Of a stretch of 64,000 nt of DNA, positions 1 through 13,100 are shown in pieces. The position numbers and the translations under genes are program-made. The stretch is taken from positions 97,154,001-97,218,000 of the forward strand of contig OZ024744.1 of NCBI GenBank assembly GCA_964016885.1, in the 5' to 3' direction. How positions within the stretch are numbered: the first letter of the stretch is position 1; every line of letters begins with the position of its first letter. The notes beneath the pieces were generated by a model. It had not been told where the DNA came from, made no database searches, and saw nothing but the letters and a program-made list of their open reading frames with translations. The DNA comes from Eledone cirrhosa (taxonomy: Eukaryota).

Positions 1-1233
1 CTTGCCTCTGTCGACTGCAGTTGGCCAAATTCTCTGCGACGTCTCTTTGGACGTGCCTAGGCCCTTCGTTCCAGAGAATCATCGTCGGACCGTGTTTCTG
101 GCATTACATAGTATCTCGCATCCAGGATCTTTTGCCACAGCAAAGCTCATATCAGCTAGATTTTTCTGGCCAAATATGAGGCGTGAAATTGCTGCTTGGT
201 GCCGTTCCTGCGTCGCTTGCCAGAGATCAAAGGTCCATCGACACGTCAAGGCTCCCCTGGGTACCTTTGCTAACCCAGATGCGCGTTTTTCACATATTCA
301 TATTGACATAGTGGGACCTTGGCCTGTCAGCGATGGTTTTTCTTATCTGCTGACCGTCATTGACCGTTTTTCGAGATGGCCTGAGGCCATCCCTTTGAAA
401 AACATCACCGCGGAGACAACAGCACGTGCTCTTGTGTCTGGATGGATCTCTCGTTATGGAGTTCCATCCACAATAACTACCGACCGTCGACGACAGTTCG
501 AGTCGAGCCTTTTCCTCGAGCTGTCAAAATTAATTGGTGCTAAACGCGTACCATCCCGCTTCGAATGGTATGGTGGAGCGTTTTCACTGACAACTGAAGG
601 CCTCCTTAATGGCCTCAATGGACTCGGCGCATTGGAGAGAGTACCTCCCTATTGTGCTACTAGGGATTCGGTCAACGGTGAAGGTCGACTTTGGATTTTC
701 ACCGGCCGAAGTACTGTACGGTGCCCCTCTGACGTTGCCCAGGCAAATGCTTGCCCCTATCGATCTTGATGCCCAAGATCACGCTTCCTACGTGTCCCGT
801 TTGCGCTCCTATTTCCAGGATTTTCCCGCCAATGGGCACTAGGAAACAAACTGTCAAGACTGCTGTCCCGAGGGATATTGCCTCGTGGACGCATGTCTTT
901 GTAAGGAAAGATTCTGTGAAGCCCCCGCTCACACAGCCTTACACTGGACCTTACCGTGTCTTAGCGCGCTCGGCTAAGCATTTCACGTTAGATATTAAGG
1001 GATCCAGGGAGACAGTTAAAATAGACAGGCTTAAGCAGGCGCACCTTGACACGGACGCTGTGGTTCCTGATCCACGAACTCCTTCGTATTTGCCTGTTGA
1101 GCGAACGCCTGTTCCTGAACCACCATCATCACCTATCCCTACACCACCACCATCGCCACGTTACAAGACCACGACCCGTTCAGGTCGTAGGGTCCACTGG
1201 CCCAAAAAATTTTGCAGCACCGTCTATATTTAG
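1..1233 (+). mobile_element. Ty3/gypsy LTR retrotransposon pol remnant (integrase), frameshifted
   Basis: Integrase Zn-binding motif (LHSISHPG...CRSCVACQ), catalytic core ([30 protein letters not shown]) and C-terminal GPY motif (PYTGPYRVL...IDRLK). These are split over three frames (2..769, 609..842, 751..1233). Confidence 0.92.
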
Positions 1234-1680
1234 ACTATGTTAGCTGCACCTTTTTTTTGGCCTCTGTGTTTCTGCTTTTTCTTTGCCTTGTTTTTTATGC
1301 ATGCATGTTGTTGTTTTTTTAACATTTTTCAAATCCTTATTCTGGATTCAATTTTTGGTAGAGCGAATAGCTCCCCCTTGTTGCATTGTTCGCCATCTTA
1401 CTCCACATGTGAGTAATAACATCGATTTTCGATGATTTGAAAATCTGGCAGGGGATACTGTAGTAAGACGCCTCACGCCTCTTGATAGAACAACTCTGGT
1501 TGAGAACGCGAGAAAGAAAAAACAGACAGCCACTGAAAAGCCGACGGATCACACGCCAGAAACCAGCCTCTGTACCACACCATTGTTTGTGCTACATCAA
1601 AAATAAACGTATATTTCATCTCTAATTTCTGCTGTTGAAATCATTATTATGTCACTCGTGTCTCGATAACATCTATAAAC

Positions 1681-4600
1681 CATACTGCTAAAACACCATA
1701 CTACCACTAACATCATACCACCACTAATACCACCACCACTAACACCACACTACCACTAACACTAAACCACCACTAACACAACACCACCACTAACACCACA
1801 CCGCTACTAACACCATACCACCACTAACACCACACTGCGAACTCCATACCAGTGGTAACACCACCACCACTAATACCACAACACCACTAACTCCACACCA
1901 CCACTAACACCATAGCACCACTAACACAATACCACCTCTAACACCACACCACCACTAACACCACACCACCACTAACACCATGCAACCACTAACACCCTAC
2001 CACTGCTAACACCATACCACCACTAACACCATACCACCACTAACACCCTACCACCACTAACACCACACCACTACTAACACCACACCACCACTAACACCAT
2101 TCCACCACTAACACCATACTACCAGTAACACCCCACCACCACTAACACCATACAACCACTAACACGACACCACCATTAACACTATACCAACACTAACAAC
2201 ATGCCACCACTAAACACCATACCACTACTAACACCATACGACCATTAACACCACACCACCACTAACACCATACCACCACTAACACCATACCACCACTACG
2301 ACCACACCACCACTACGACCACACCACCACTAACACCATACAACCACTAACACTACACCACCACTAACACCACACCACCATTAACACCACACCACTACTA
2401 ATACCACACTACTACTAACACCATATCACCACTAACACGACACCACCACTAACAGCACACCACCACTAACACCACAACACCACTAACACTACACCACCAC
2501 TAACAACAACACCACCACTAACACCACAGCACCACTAACACCACACCACCACTAACACTATACCACCACTAACACCACACCACCACTAACACCATACCAC
2601 CACTAACAACATACCACCACTACGACCACACCACTACTAACAGCATACCACCACTAACACCATACCACCACTAACACTACACCACCACTAACACCACCAT
2701 TAACACCATACCACCACTAAGACAACACAACCACTAACTCCACACCAACACTAACAAAATACCACAACTGACACCACACCACTACTAACACCACACCATC
2801 ACCACACCACCACTAACACCACACCACCACTAACACCATACCACCACTAACACCATACCACCACTAACACCATACCACCACTAACACCATACCACCACTA
2901 ATACTACACCACCACTAACACCATACCACAACTAACACCACCACCACTAACACTACAGCACCAATAACACCATACCACTGCTAACACCATACCACCACTA
3001 ACACCATATCACCACTAACAGTGGTGATATGGTGTTACTGGTGGCGTGGAGTTAGTGATTGTGTGGTGTTAGTGATGATGGTGTTAGTGGTTGTGTTGTG
3101 TTAGTGGTGGTGTAGTGTTAGTAGTGGTCTGGTGTTAGTGGTGGTGTGGTGTTAGTGGTGGTATGGTGTTAGTGGTGATGTGGTGTTAGTGGTGGTATGG
3201 TGTTAGTGGTAGTATGGTGTTAGTGGTGTTGTGGTGTTAGTGGTGGTGTGGTGTTAGTGGTGCTGTGGTGTTAGTGGTGGTGTTGTGTTAGTGGTCGTGT
3301 GCTGTTAGTGGTGGTATGGTGTTAGTGGTGGTGTAATGTGAGGGGTGGTATGGTGTTACTAGTGGTGTGGTGTTAGTGATGGTGGTGTTAGTGGAGGTAT
3401 GGTGTTAGTGGTTTTGTTGCGTTAGTGGTGGTGTAGTGTTAGTGGTGGTGTGGTGTTAGTTGTGGTGTGGTGTTAGTAGTGGTGTGGTTTTAAGGGTGGT
3501 ATGGTGTTAGTGGTGGTGTGTTGTTAGTTGTGGTGTTAGTGATGGTGTGGTGTTAGTGGTGGTGTGGTGACAGTAGTGGGCTGGTGTTAGTGGTGGTGTG
3601 CTGTTAGTAGCCGTGTGGTGTTAGTGGTGGTAAGGTGTTAGTAGTAGTGTGGTATTAGTATTGGTGTGGTGTTAGTGGTGGTGTGGTGTTAATGGTGTTA
3701 GTGTTGGTGTGGTGTTAGTGATGGTGGTGTTAGTGGAGGTATGGTGGTGTTAGTATTGGTATGGTGTTAGTGGTGGTCTGGTGTTAATGGTGGTGTGGTG
3801 TTAGTGGTAGTGTCGTGTTTGTGATGCTGGGGTGTTAGTTGTGGTGTGGTGTTAGTAGTGGTGTGGTGTTAGTGGTGGTTTTATGTTAGTGGTGGTGTGC
3901 TGTTAGTGGTGGTGTGGTGTTAGTGGTGGTGTGGTGTTAGTGGTGGTATGGTGTTAGTGGTGGTATGGTATTAGTGGTGGTGTGGTGTTCGTGGTGGTGT
4001 TGTGTTAGTGGTGGTGTAGTGTTAGTGGTGCTGTGGTGTTAGTAGTGCTGTGGTGTTAGTGGTGGTGTGGTGTTAGTGGTGGTGTGCTGTTAGTGGTGGT
4101 GTGGTGTTAGTGGTGATATGGTGTTAGTAGTAGTGTGCTATTAGTAGTGGTGTGGTGTTAGTGTTGTTATGGTGTTAGGGGTGGTGTGGTGTTAGTGGAT
4201 TGTATGGTGTTAGTGGTGGCGTGGTGTTGGTGGTGGTGTGATGCTGGTGGTGGTATGGAGTTAGTGGTGGTGTGGTGATGGTGTGGTGTTAATAATGGTA
4301 TGGTGTTAGTGGTGGTGTGATGTTCGTGGTGGAATGGTGTTATTGGTGGTGTGGTGTTAGTGGTAGTGTGGTTTTAGAGGTGGAATGTTGTTAGTGGTGG
4401 TGTGGTGTTAGTTGTGGTATGGTGTTAGTGGTGGTGTGGTGTCAGTTGTGGTATTTTGTTAGTGTTGGTGTGGAGTTAATGGTTGTGTTGTCTTAGTGAT
4501 GGTGTAGTGTTAGCGGTGGTTTGGTGTTAGTGGTGGTATGGTGTTAGTGGTAGTTTGGTGTTAGTGTTGGTATGGTGTTAGTGGTGGAATTGTGTTTGTG

Positions 4601-7600
4601 GTGGTGTGGTGTTAGTTGTGGTATCGTGTTGGCAGTGGTGTGGTGTTAGTGGTGGTGTGTAGTTGGTGGTGGTGTGGTGTTAGTGGTGGTGTTGTGTTCG
4701 TGGTGTTGTGGTGTTTGTGGTGGATTGGTGTTATTGGTGGCATGGTGTTAGTGGTGGTATGATGTTAGTGGTGGTCTGGTTTTAGTGATAGTGTGGTGTT
4801 AGTGATGTTGTGGTGTTAGTGATGATGGTGTTAGTGGTGGTATGTTGTTAGTGGTTGTTTTGTGTTAGTGGTAGTGTAGTGTTAGTGGTGCTGTGGTGTT
4901 AGTTGTGGTGTGGTGTTAGTGTTGTGTTGTATTAGTGGTGTCGTAGTGTTAGTGGTGTAATGGTGTTAGTAGTGGTGTGGTGTTAGTGCTGGTGTGCTGT
5001 TAGTGGTGGTGTGGTGTTGGTGGTGGTGTGATGTTAGTGGTGGAATGTTGTTAGTGGTGGTGTAGTGTTAGTGGTGGTATGGTGTTAGTGGTGGTGTGGT
5101 GTTAGTTGTGGTATTGTTTTAGTGGTGGTGTGGAGTTAGTGGTAGTGTTGTCTTGGTGGTGGTGTGCTGTGAGTGGTGGTGTGGTGTTAGTGGTGGTATG
5201 GTGCTAGTTCTGGTGGGGTGTTTGTGGTGGTAGGGTATTAGTGGTGGTATGGTGTTAGTAGTGGTGTGGTGTTAGTGGTGTTGTGGTTTTGGTGGTGGTG
5301 TGATGTTAGTGGTGGTGTGGTGTTAGTGGTGGTGTGGTGTTAGTGGTGGCATGGTGTTAGTAGTGCTTTGGTGTTAGTGGTTGTATGGTGTTAGTGGTGG
5401 TGTAGTGTTAGCGGTAGTGTGGTGTTACTGGTGGTATGGTATTAGTGGTGGTATGGTGTTAGTGGTGGTGTGGTTTTTTTGGTGGTGTGGTGTTAGTAGT
5501 GGTGTGGTGTTGGTGGTGTGGTGTTAGTGGTGGTGTTGTGTTAGTGGTGGTGTAGTGTTAGTGGTGGTGTGGTGTTAGTGGTGTGGTGTTAGTAGTGGTA
5601 TGGTGTTAATGGTGGTGTGGTGTTAGTGGTGGTATTTGTGTTAGTAGTGTTTTGTGTTAGTGGTGGTGTGGTGTTAGTAGTGCTGTGGTGTTAGTGGTGG
5701 TATGGTGTTAGTGGTAGTGTGGTGTTAGTGGTGGTGTGGAGTTAGTGTTGGTGTGGTGTTAGTGGTGGTGTGGTGTTAGTGGTAGTGTGGTGTTAGTGGT
5801 GGTGTGGAGTTAGTGGTGGTGTGGTGTTAGTAGTGCTGTGGTGTTAGTGGTGGTATTTGTGTTAGTAGTGTTTTGTGTTAGTGGTGGTGTGGTGTTAGTA
5901 GTGCTGTGGTGTTAGTGGTGGTATGGTGTTAGTGGTAGTGTGGTGTTAGTGGTGGTGTGGAGTTAGTGTTGGTGTGGTGTTAGTGGTGGTGTGGTGTTAG
6001 TGGTAGTGTGGTGTTAGTGGTGGTGTGGAGTTAGTGGTGGTGTGGTGTTAGTAGTGCTGTGGTGTTAGTGGTGGTATGGTGTTAGTGGTAGTGTGGTGTT
6101 AGTGGTGGTGTGGAGTTAGTGTTGGTGTGGTGTTAGTGGTGGTGTGGTGCAGTGGTGGTGTGGTGCAGTGGTGGTATTGATTTAGTGGTGGTGTGGAGTT
6201 AGTGGTAGTGTTGTCTTAGTGGTGGTGTAGTGTTAGTGGTGGTATGGTGTTAATGGTGGTGTGTTGTTATTAGTGCTGTGGTGTTAGTGGTGGTGTGGTG
6301 TTAGTGGTGGTGATGTGTTAGTGGTGGTGTGGTGCTAGTGGTGGTGTGGTGTTGGTGGTGGTGTGATGTAGTGGTGGTGTGATGTTACAGGTGGTATTGT
6401 GTTAGTGGTAGCATGGTGTTAGTGGTGATGTGGTGTTACTGGTGGTGTGGTGTTAGTGGTGGTATGGTATTAGTGGTGGTATGGTGTTAGTGGAGGTGTG
6501 GTGTTAGTGGTTGTGTGGTGTTGGTGGTGGTGTGATGTTACTGGTGGTGTGGTGTTGGTGGTGGTGTGGTGTTAGTGGTGGTGTGGTGTTGGTGGTGGTG
6601 TGATGTTAGTGGTGGTGTGGTGTTAGTAGTGGTATGGTGTTAGTTTTGGTGTGGTGTTAGTGGTGGAATGGTGTTAGTGGTATGGTGTCAGTGGTGGTGT
6701 GGTGTTAGTAGTGCTGTGGTGTTAGTGGTAGTATGGCGTTAGTGGTTGTATGGTAATTGTGGTGCTATGGTGTTAGTGGTGGTGTGGTGTTAGTGGTTGT
6801 GTGGTGTTGGTGGTGCTTTGATGTTAGTGGTGTTGTGGTGTTAGTGGTGGTGTGGTGTTAGTGGTGGCATGGTATTAGTGGTGGTATGCTGTTAGTGGTG
6901 GTGTGGTGATAGTGGTGGTGTGGTGTTGGTGGTGGTATGGTGTTAGTGGTGGTATGCTGTTAGTGATGGTGTGGTGTTAGTGGTGGCACGGTATTAGTGG
7001 TGGTTTGGTGTTAGTGGTGGTGTGGTGTTGGTGGTGGTGTGATGTTAGTGGTGGTGTGGTGTTAGTAGTGGTGTGATGTTAGTGATGGTGTGGTGTTAGT
7101 AGTGGTATGGTGTTAGTGGTGGTGTGGTGTTAGTGGTGGAATGGTGTTAGTGGTATGGTGTCAGTGGTGGTGTGGTGTTAGTGGCGGTGTGGTGTTGGTG
7201 TTGATTTGATCTTGGTGGTGTGGTGTTAGTAGTGGTGAGGTGTTAGTGGTGGCGTGGTGTTGGTAGTGCTTTGGTGTTAGTGGTGGTGTGGTGTTAGTGG
7301 TAGTATGGTGTCAGTGGTGGTGTGATGTTAGTGGTAGTGTGGTGTTAGTGGTGATGTGGTGTTAGTGGTGGAGTGGTGTTAGCTGTGGTGTGTTGTTAGT
7401 GGTGGTGTAGTGTTAGTGGAGGTGTGCCTTTAGTGGTGGTGTGCTGTTAGTGGTGGTATGGTATTAGTGGTGGTGTGGTGTTAGTGGTGGTGTGGTGTTA
7501 GTGGTAGCATGGTGGTGTGGTGTTAGTGGTGGTGTGGTGTTGGTGGTGGTGTGATGTTAGTAGTGCTTTGGTGTTAGTGGTGGTGTGGTGTTACTAGTGC

Positions 7601-7975
7601 TGTAGTGTTAGTTGTGGTATAGTATTAGTGGTGGTGTGGTGTTAGTGGTGGTGTGGTGTTTGTGGTGGTATGGTGTCAGTGGTGGTATGGTGTTAGTGGT
7701 GGTGTCGTGTTAGTGGTGGTATCGTATTAGTGGTGGTATGGTTTTAGTGGTGGTGTGGTCTTAGTTGTGGTATGGTGTTAGTGGTGGTGTGGTGTTAGTG
7801 GTGGAATGGTATTAGTAGTGGTGTGGTGTTAGTGGTGGTATGGTGTTAGTGGTGCTTTTGTGTTACTGATGGTATGGTGTTAGTGGTGGTATGGTGTTAG
7901 TGGTGGCGTGGTGTTACTGGTGGTATGGTGTTAGTGGTTGTGTGGTGTTACTGGTTGTAAAGTGTTAGTGGTGTT
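1681..7975. repeat. 17-bp satellite array (consensus ACCACCACTAACACCAC / GTGGTGTTAGTGGTGGT) with internal orientation switch at ~3018
   Basis: Directly visible tandem 17-mers. C-rich on + from 1681 to 3016, G-rich on + from 3020 to ~7975. Confidence 0.97.
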
Positions 7976-8124
7976 AAAGGCGGCAACAGCTATTGCGTTT
8001 AGTGGTGGAGTGGCGTTAGTGCTGTCGGTATTGGTGATGGTAGTGGCGAAGGTCACGATGGTGTAAGTGTTGTTGTGGTGCTAGTGCTGGTGTGGTGTCA
8101 ATGGTAGTGTTGGTGTTGATTGTT

Positions 8125-8476
8125 GCTCAGTGGCCCTTTACCTTTGGAGTTCAAATCCGACGGAGGTTAACGTTGCCTTTCATCCTTACGGGGTCGATAA
8201 AATAAAGTACCAGTAATACCCTGGAGTAAGTGCTGGCCTTGTGTCAAAAGTAGAAACAGTTATATTCAACTATATAAGGCGGGAGATTGGAAGTATCGGT
8301 AGAGGGTCAGACACCATGCTTTGCAGCAGAGAGCTACGGTCCTTTACGTTTTAAATCAAAACCCTGCCGAGGTTAACTTTGACTTTCATCCTTACGGGGG
8401 ATCTATAAAATAAAGTACCAGTAATACACTGTTGTAACTGTTGGCCTTGAGCCAAAAGTAGAAACAATTATATTCG
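8125..8476 (+). mobile_element. Two tRNA-derived SINE copies (~8125-8267 5'-truncated; ~8278-8476 near full length)
   Basis: B-box-like GAGTTCAAATCC, central GCCTTTCATCCTTACGGGGTCGATAAAATAAAGTACCAGT, and 3' end TGGCCTTGTG(T/C)CAAAAGTAGAAACA. Same family as the copies at 8503-8949 and 48210/54428. Confidence 0.85.
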
Positions 8477-8502
8477 ACTCCATAAATAAGAAAAAAAAGG
8501 CC

Positions 8503-8949
8503 AATAATTGTTTCTACATTTGGCACAATGTCATCAATTACCACAGTGCATTACTGGTACTTTATTTTATCGACCCCGTAAGGATTAAAGGCAAAGTTAA
8601 CCTTAGCGGGATTTGAACTATGACTGTAAAGGGACGTAACTCTTTGGTCAAAGCATGGCGTCCGACCCTCTACCAATACTGCCAATCCACCGCCAATAAT
8701 TGTTTCTACTTTAGGCACAAGGCCAGCAATTACCAGTGTATTACTGGTACTTTATTTTATCGACCCCGTAAGGATTAAAGGCAAAGTCAACCTCGGAGGG
8801 ATTTGAACTCAATCCACCGCTAATAATTGTTTCTATATTAGGCACAAGGCCAGAAATTACCCAGTACATTACTGGTACTTTATTTTATCGACCCCGTAAG
8901 GATGAAAGGCAAAGTTAACACCGGCGGGATTTGAACTCAGATCCACCGC
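8503..8949 (-). mobile_element. Three head-to-tail SINE copies (8503-8694 full; 8695-8820 and 8821-8949 internally deleted)
   Basis: Minus-strand head GGCGGTGGATTGGCAGTATTGG (A-box-like), AGTTCAAATCC (B box), the same core, and ATTATT tails. Each 5' end abuts the tail of the next copy. Confidence 0.88.
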
Positions 8950-9021
8950 TAATAATGCAACTTCTACATGATCGATCGACATGTTAGAAATAACGACCAA
9001 ATGAAAGCCTACGACATTCTC

Positions 9022-9029
9022 ATCACACA

Positions 9030-9078
<49 letters not shown>

Positions 9079-9785
9079 ATACACACACATACACCTGCAC
9101 ACACTCACAGATACATACACTCACACACAAACACATAAACACAGGCACACATGCGCCTGCGCACGCAGACATACATATACACACACACACACTCATTCAC
9201 CTGCACACACACACACACACATACATATACACACACACACTCATGTACACATATAGCCACGCACACATACACCTGCACACACACACACACATACATACAC
9301 ACACATACACCTGCACACACACACATACACCTGCACACACACACATACACACACTCGTACATACACATACGCACACATACATACACACACACACATAAAC
9401 GCAACATACATAAACACACGCACACATTCACCTGCCCACACCCACCCACATACACATACACACATACATACACACAGACACACATACATACACACACACA
9501 CAAACGCAACACACATAAACACACGCACACATACTGATGCACACCCACACATACACACACATACACGCATACATACACACAGACACACATACATACACAC
9601 ACATACACACACACATAAACACACATAAACCTGAACACGCACACACACTTATATACACGCACACATACACCTGCACACACACACACACATATACCTGCAC
9701 ACACACACACATACATACACACACGCACATACACACACATACCCACACACACACACACACTCATACACACATAAACACACGCATA
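9022..9785. repeat. Compound (CA)n/(CATA)n microsatellite
   Basis: Visible dinucleotide-based low-complexity tract with recurring CACCTGCACAC variants. Confidence 0.95.
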
Positions 9786-9908
9786 AAGGCAGAGAACCGC
9801 AAGAGACAAAAAAAACACAAAACAAGAAAACAAATGAGATTACATTCTCCTATTCCATAATTCGGAAAAGAAACAGCATTTTAACATTAAAAGAAAAAAA
9901 TACTGAAA

Positions 9909-12356
9909 CCCTTTAACATTTAATCCGGCCATATCCGGCCAGAATTGTCTCGCCTCTTTCTGTTCAAACCAACTATAACCGGCCACTCATAATGACATTA
10001 AGGTATTGTTTTCAAAATATATAATATCAAAATCTCGTGATTATGTGAGATAATTATCTTTATATATACAAAAGCGAGGATGTATGTGTGTCTGTGTACA
10101 ACTTTGCATGCGTAAGGCTTTCACAATTACCAACTGAATTTGACCAAATTTTATGTGCAAGTTGCACAGGTCGCTAAGATTGTCACATCACAAACATTTT
10201 TAAAATCGACCAACGTTGAGCAATAAAAAATCGATATCAAAATTATCGGTAGAAAAATTGATGTAAGGGAGATAACAAACTTTATTGACAATCCTTATAA
10301 AAAAAAGGGAGATAACCTTTTCACCAAATATGCCCCATAAAAATAAGTATGCACATATTGGCTATCGGTCGAAAACAATGCGTGTAAATGACGCTCCGCC
10401 GATAACCGAAAATAGACAATCACTAAATGCGGTGAGTACAGTTATTGCAACATCTTTGTCCGCCGCTGAGCGTCGGTTAGTGCGGCGAACCAATAATGCT
10501 AAAGCAACTGCTGCAGCACGAGCTGCAGAGACTACAGAGCAACGTGAAACACGCCTTGCTATGGATGCTACAGATGCTGTTGCAGCAAGATCTGCAGAGA
10601 CAGTACAAAAATATGAAAGGCAGCAACTTTGCTCCCTGGTGGAAGGACGGCACATTTAGTTTTTAAATTGCCCCTTGATTTGGCAAAATTGGAAACTCCT
10701 ACTTGTCATATCACCAAAGACTCCGAAAGGGCTCATCTGCTGCGAAGGTGTCACCTTATTGTTTGGGATGAGTGCACAATGACGCACAAAGGTGCTCTTG
10801 AGGCACTAGACAGGTCTTTGCAAGACATACGGGATTGCAGTGATGTTATGGGTGGGGGTCACCCTTCTGCTATCAGGAGACTTCAGACAGACTCTTCCTA
10901 TAATACCGAAAGGAACAAGAGCAGATGCGGTAAATGCATGTCTTAAGTCTTCACCATTGTGGTGACAAGTGACATCATTAAGACTAACTACCAACATGCG
11001 TGCAAGATTGCATGGGGACCCTCTGTCATCAACATTTTCTGGAGACATTCTTACAATAGGAGATGGTAACCTACCTCCGGATACAGATGGACACATAGCA
11101 ATTGATCACATCTGCAATGTAGTTGGAACTGTCGATGATTTCAAGGCGAGTGTATTCCCGAACTTGCGTGATAACTATACGAATCTTGATTAGCTATGCG
11201 AAAGAGCCATTCTTGCACCCCAAAATATCACGGCTAGCTGTATTAAGGATCAGCTTCTTCAGCTTCTTCCTGGATGTCCACGGATATATAAATCTATTGA
11301 TACTGTATGTGATCCACAGGATGCGGTCAACTATCCAGTTGAATTTCTAAGTTCTTTAAATCCTCCCGGTTGACCTCCTAATACATTGGTTCTGAAAGAG
11401 GGAACACCAGTTATTTTGCTGAGAAATATCACTCCTCCAAAACTATGCAATGGTACACGCCTTGTGGTTAAAAAACTGTCTCCACTTAGTATTGACGCTA
11501 CCATTCTATCCGGATGTGGAAAAGGCGAGGATGTGATAATAACAAAAATTAGCCTGACTACATCAGGCGTGGATACTCCCTTCTCCTTTCGCCGAACCCA
11601 ATTTCCCCTTCGTGTTGCCTTTGCGATGTCCATAAACAAGTCGCAAGGTCAAACTCTGTCCGTCGCTGGAATTCACTTGGATGAACCTTGCTTTTTGCAC
11701 GGACAATTCTACGTTGCCTGCTCAGAGATGGCAGTAGAGATTATCTCTTTGCGTTGGTTCCGAAAAGAAAACCAAAGAATATCGTCTATCCTGAAGTGCT
11801 TTAGTGTTAACAAAATAACTTATTACAGCTCTGCCTTGGCTTCACCTTACTCATTACAAAACATACCAATGAATATGTCATGCAGGATATTTTGGATTAT
11901 AAATTAAAAATTTAACCATACACAGCAAAGAATGCTCTCAAAGAATAGATTTTCTCTTATTCTACTCTCATTGTTTTTTTGGTTGTATACAACTCTGCTT
12001 TCATTACAACGTTTTGTACTTTAGCAAAACTGCCTGTTTTTTTTTACAGATTTGCAACGTGTATTGTCTTTAATCATTTGTATAACTACATCCTGTTCAG
12101 TGTTTTCTTTCATTATCAGCATAGTTTTATGTGTACAAAAATTGCACTAAATATTCGTTTGCATTAATTATTGAAGACTTCTGCTTATTTTGACAGGTTG
12201 GGGACAAATAATGTTCTTCTTTTACTTCCTAGCTGTATATTCTTAGCATAATTTCAAACCCCGAGCAACGCCGGGTAAATCTGCTAGTGTAAGATAAAGC
12301 ATTTACCACAAAAATACAACAGTATATATATATAGAGTAATGTAAATGTTGAAGGG
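9909..12356. mobile_element. piggyBac-type MITE (~217 bp: 9909-10056 plus 12288-12356) split by a Helitron
   Basis: Terminal inverted repeats CCCTTTAACATTTA (9909) and TAAATGTTGAAGGG (ending 12356) with one mismatch. TTAA follows the right end; the left target site reads GAAA (decayed). Confidence 0.7.
10057..12287 (+). mobile_element. Internally deleted Helitron with decayed PIF1-family helicase
   Basis: 5' A|TCTTTATATATACAAAA; 3' hairpin CCCGAGCAACGCCGGG followed by CTAG|T. Helicase motifs LPGGRTAH, LIVWDECTM, LRNI..PKLCNGTRL and RRTQFPLRVAFAMSINKSQGQTL are interrupted by stops and frameshifts. An N-terminal AARAAETTEQRETRL repeat is present; the Rep/HUH domain is missing. Confidence 0.92.
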
Positions 12357-12661
12357 TTAAACCCGTGACTCCCGTAGCAGTCGTAGGGACCGCTCCGCAT
12401 TGACACACGGTGCGTTTTAAGGGCATTTCAAAAAAATCTAGCGGAGCCCGTCTCTTTGTCGGGTCTACTGAAATACCTGCATCGTCTATATCTATGATCC
12501 AAGAGCTGTGATGTGTGAGCAAAGTGTAAGATTTATTTTCTATAGAAAAAATTCGTAGCAACTTCTTGGTTTCAGTGATAGCTTGTCTAGTATATTTAAA
12601 TGCATATGTATAAATACATACATACATGATGATGGCTGCCCCCCTTGTTATCGAGTATGGC

Positions 12662-13100
12662 CAAGAAACTGGAACACAATAGACCTGACCTGGTGGTTTT
12701 GGACAAAGAAAAAAGATCGTGCCTGATTTTGGATGTGGCCTGCCCATTCGACACAAGAGTGCAAGAAAAGGAGAGGGAGAAAATTAACCGATACCAGGAC
12801 TTAAAGTGGGAGGTAAAAAGGATTTGGAACTGCCATGAAGTCAAAGTGATCCCGATTGTCATAGGCGCACTAGGGACTATCTTAAAAAGTTTCCAGGGAT
12901 GGTTAAAGAAAATTGGCCCCTTCACGCTTTTTGGAACGCTTCAAAAGCATGCTTGCTGGGAACAGCAAGAACCCTCCGATACGTCCTGAATATCTGAGGC
13001 TGCAGGTAGTGGCTTGATATTCATTTCAACAAACTTTCCAGTTAACTAACATCAATGACTGACTCAAAGAGTAATAATAATAATAATAATAATATTAATA
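12662..13100 (+). mobile_element. R4/Dong-clade LINE, short 5'-truncated copy with (AAT)n tail
   Basis: RLE domain (HNRPDLVVLDKEKRSCLILDVACPFD...EKINRYQDL). The 3' UTR matches the element at 26508-29973. Tail at 13072-13100. Confidence 0.92.

Noticed and set aside
1234-1680. 3' LTR of the gypsy element (possible TGT...ACA at ~1408-1671 with AATAAA)
   Set aside because: No clear polypurine tract and no second LTR in the window to confirm it.
1681-7975. Telomere fusion or interstitial telomere
   Set aside because: The unit is a 17-mer without TTAGGG, and the orientation (C-rich then G-rich) is opposite to an end-to-end fusion.
8503-8694. Functional tRNA gene
   Set aside because: The A/B boxes are present but no cloverleaf is evident; it continues into the SINE core and tail and is multi-copy.
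8869-9860. Cys/Val- and His/Thr-rich ORFs (also 57382-58442, 60792-61428, 63595-63979)
   Set aside because: Translations of (CA)n/(TG)n microsatellites; no domain content.
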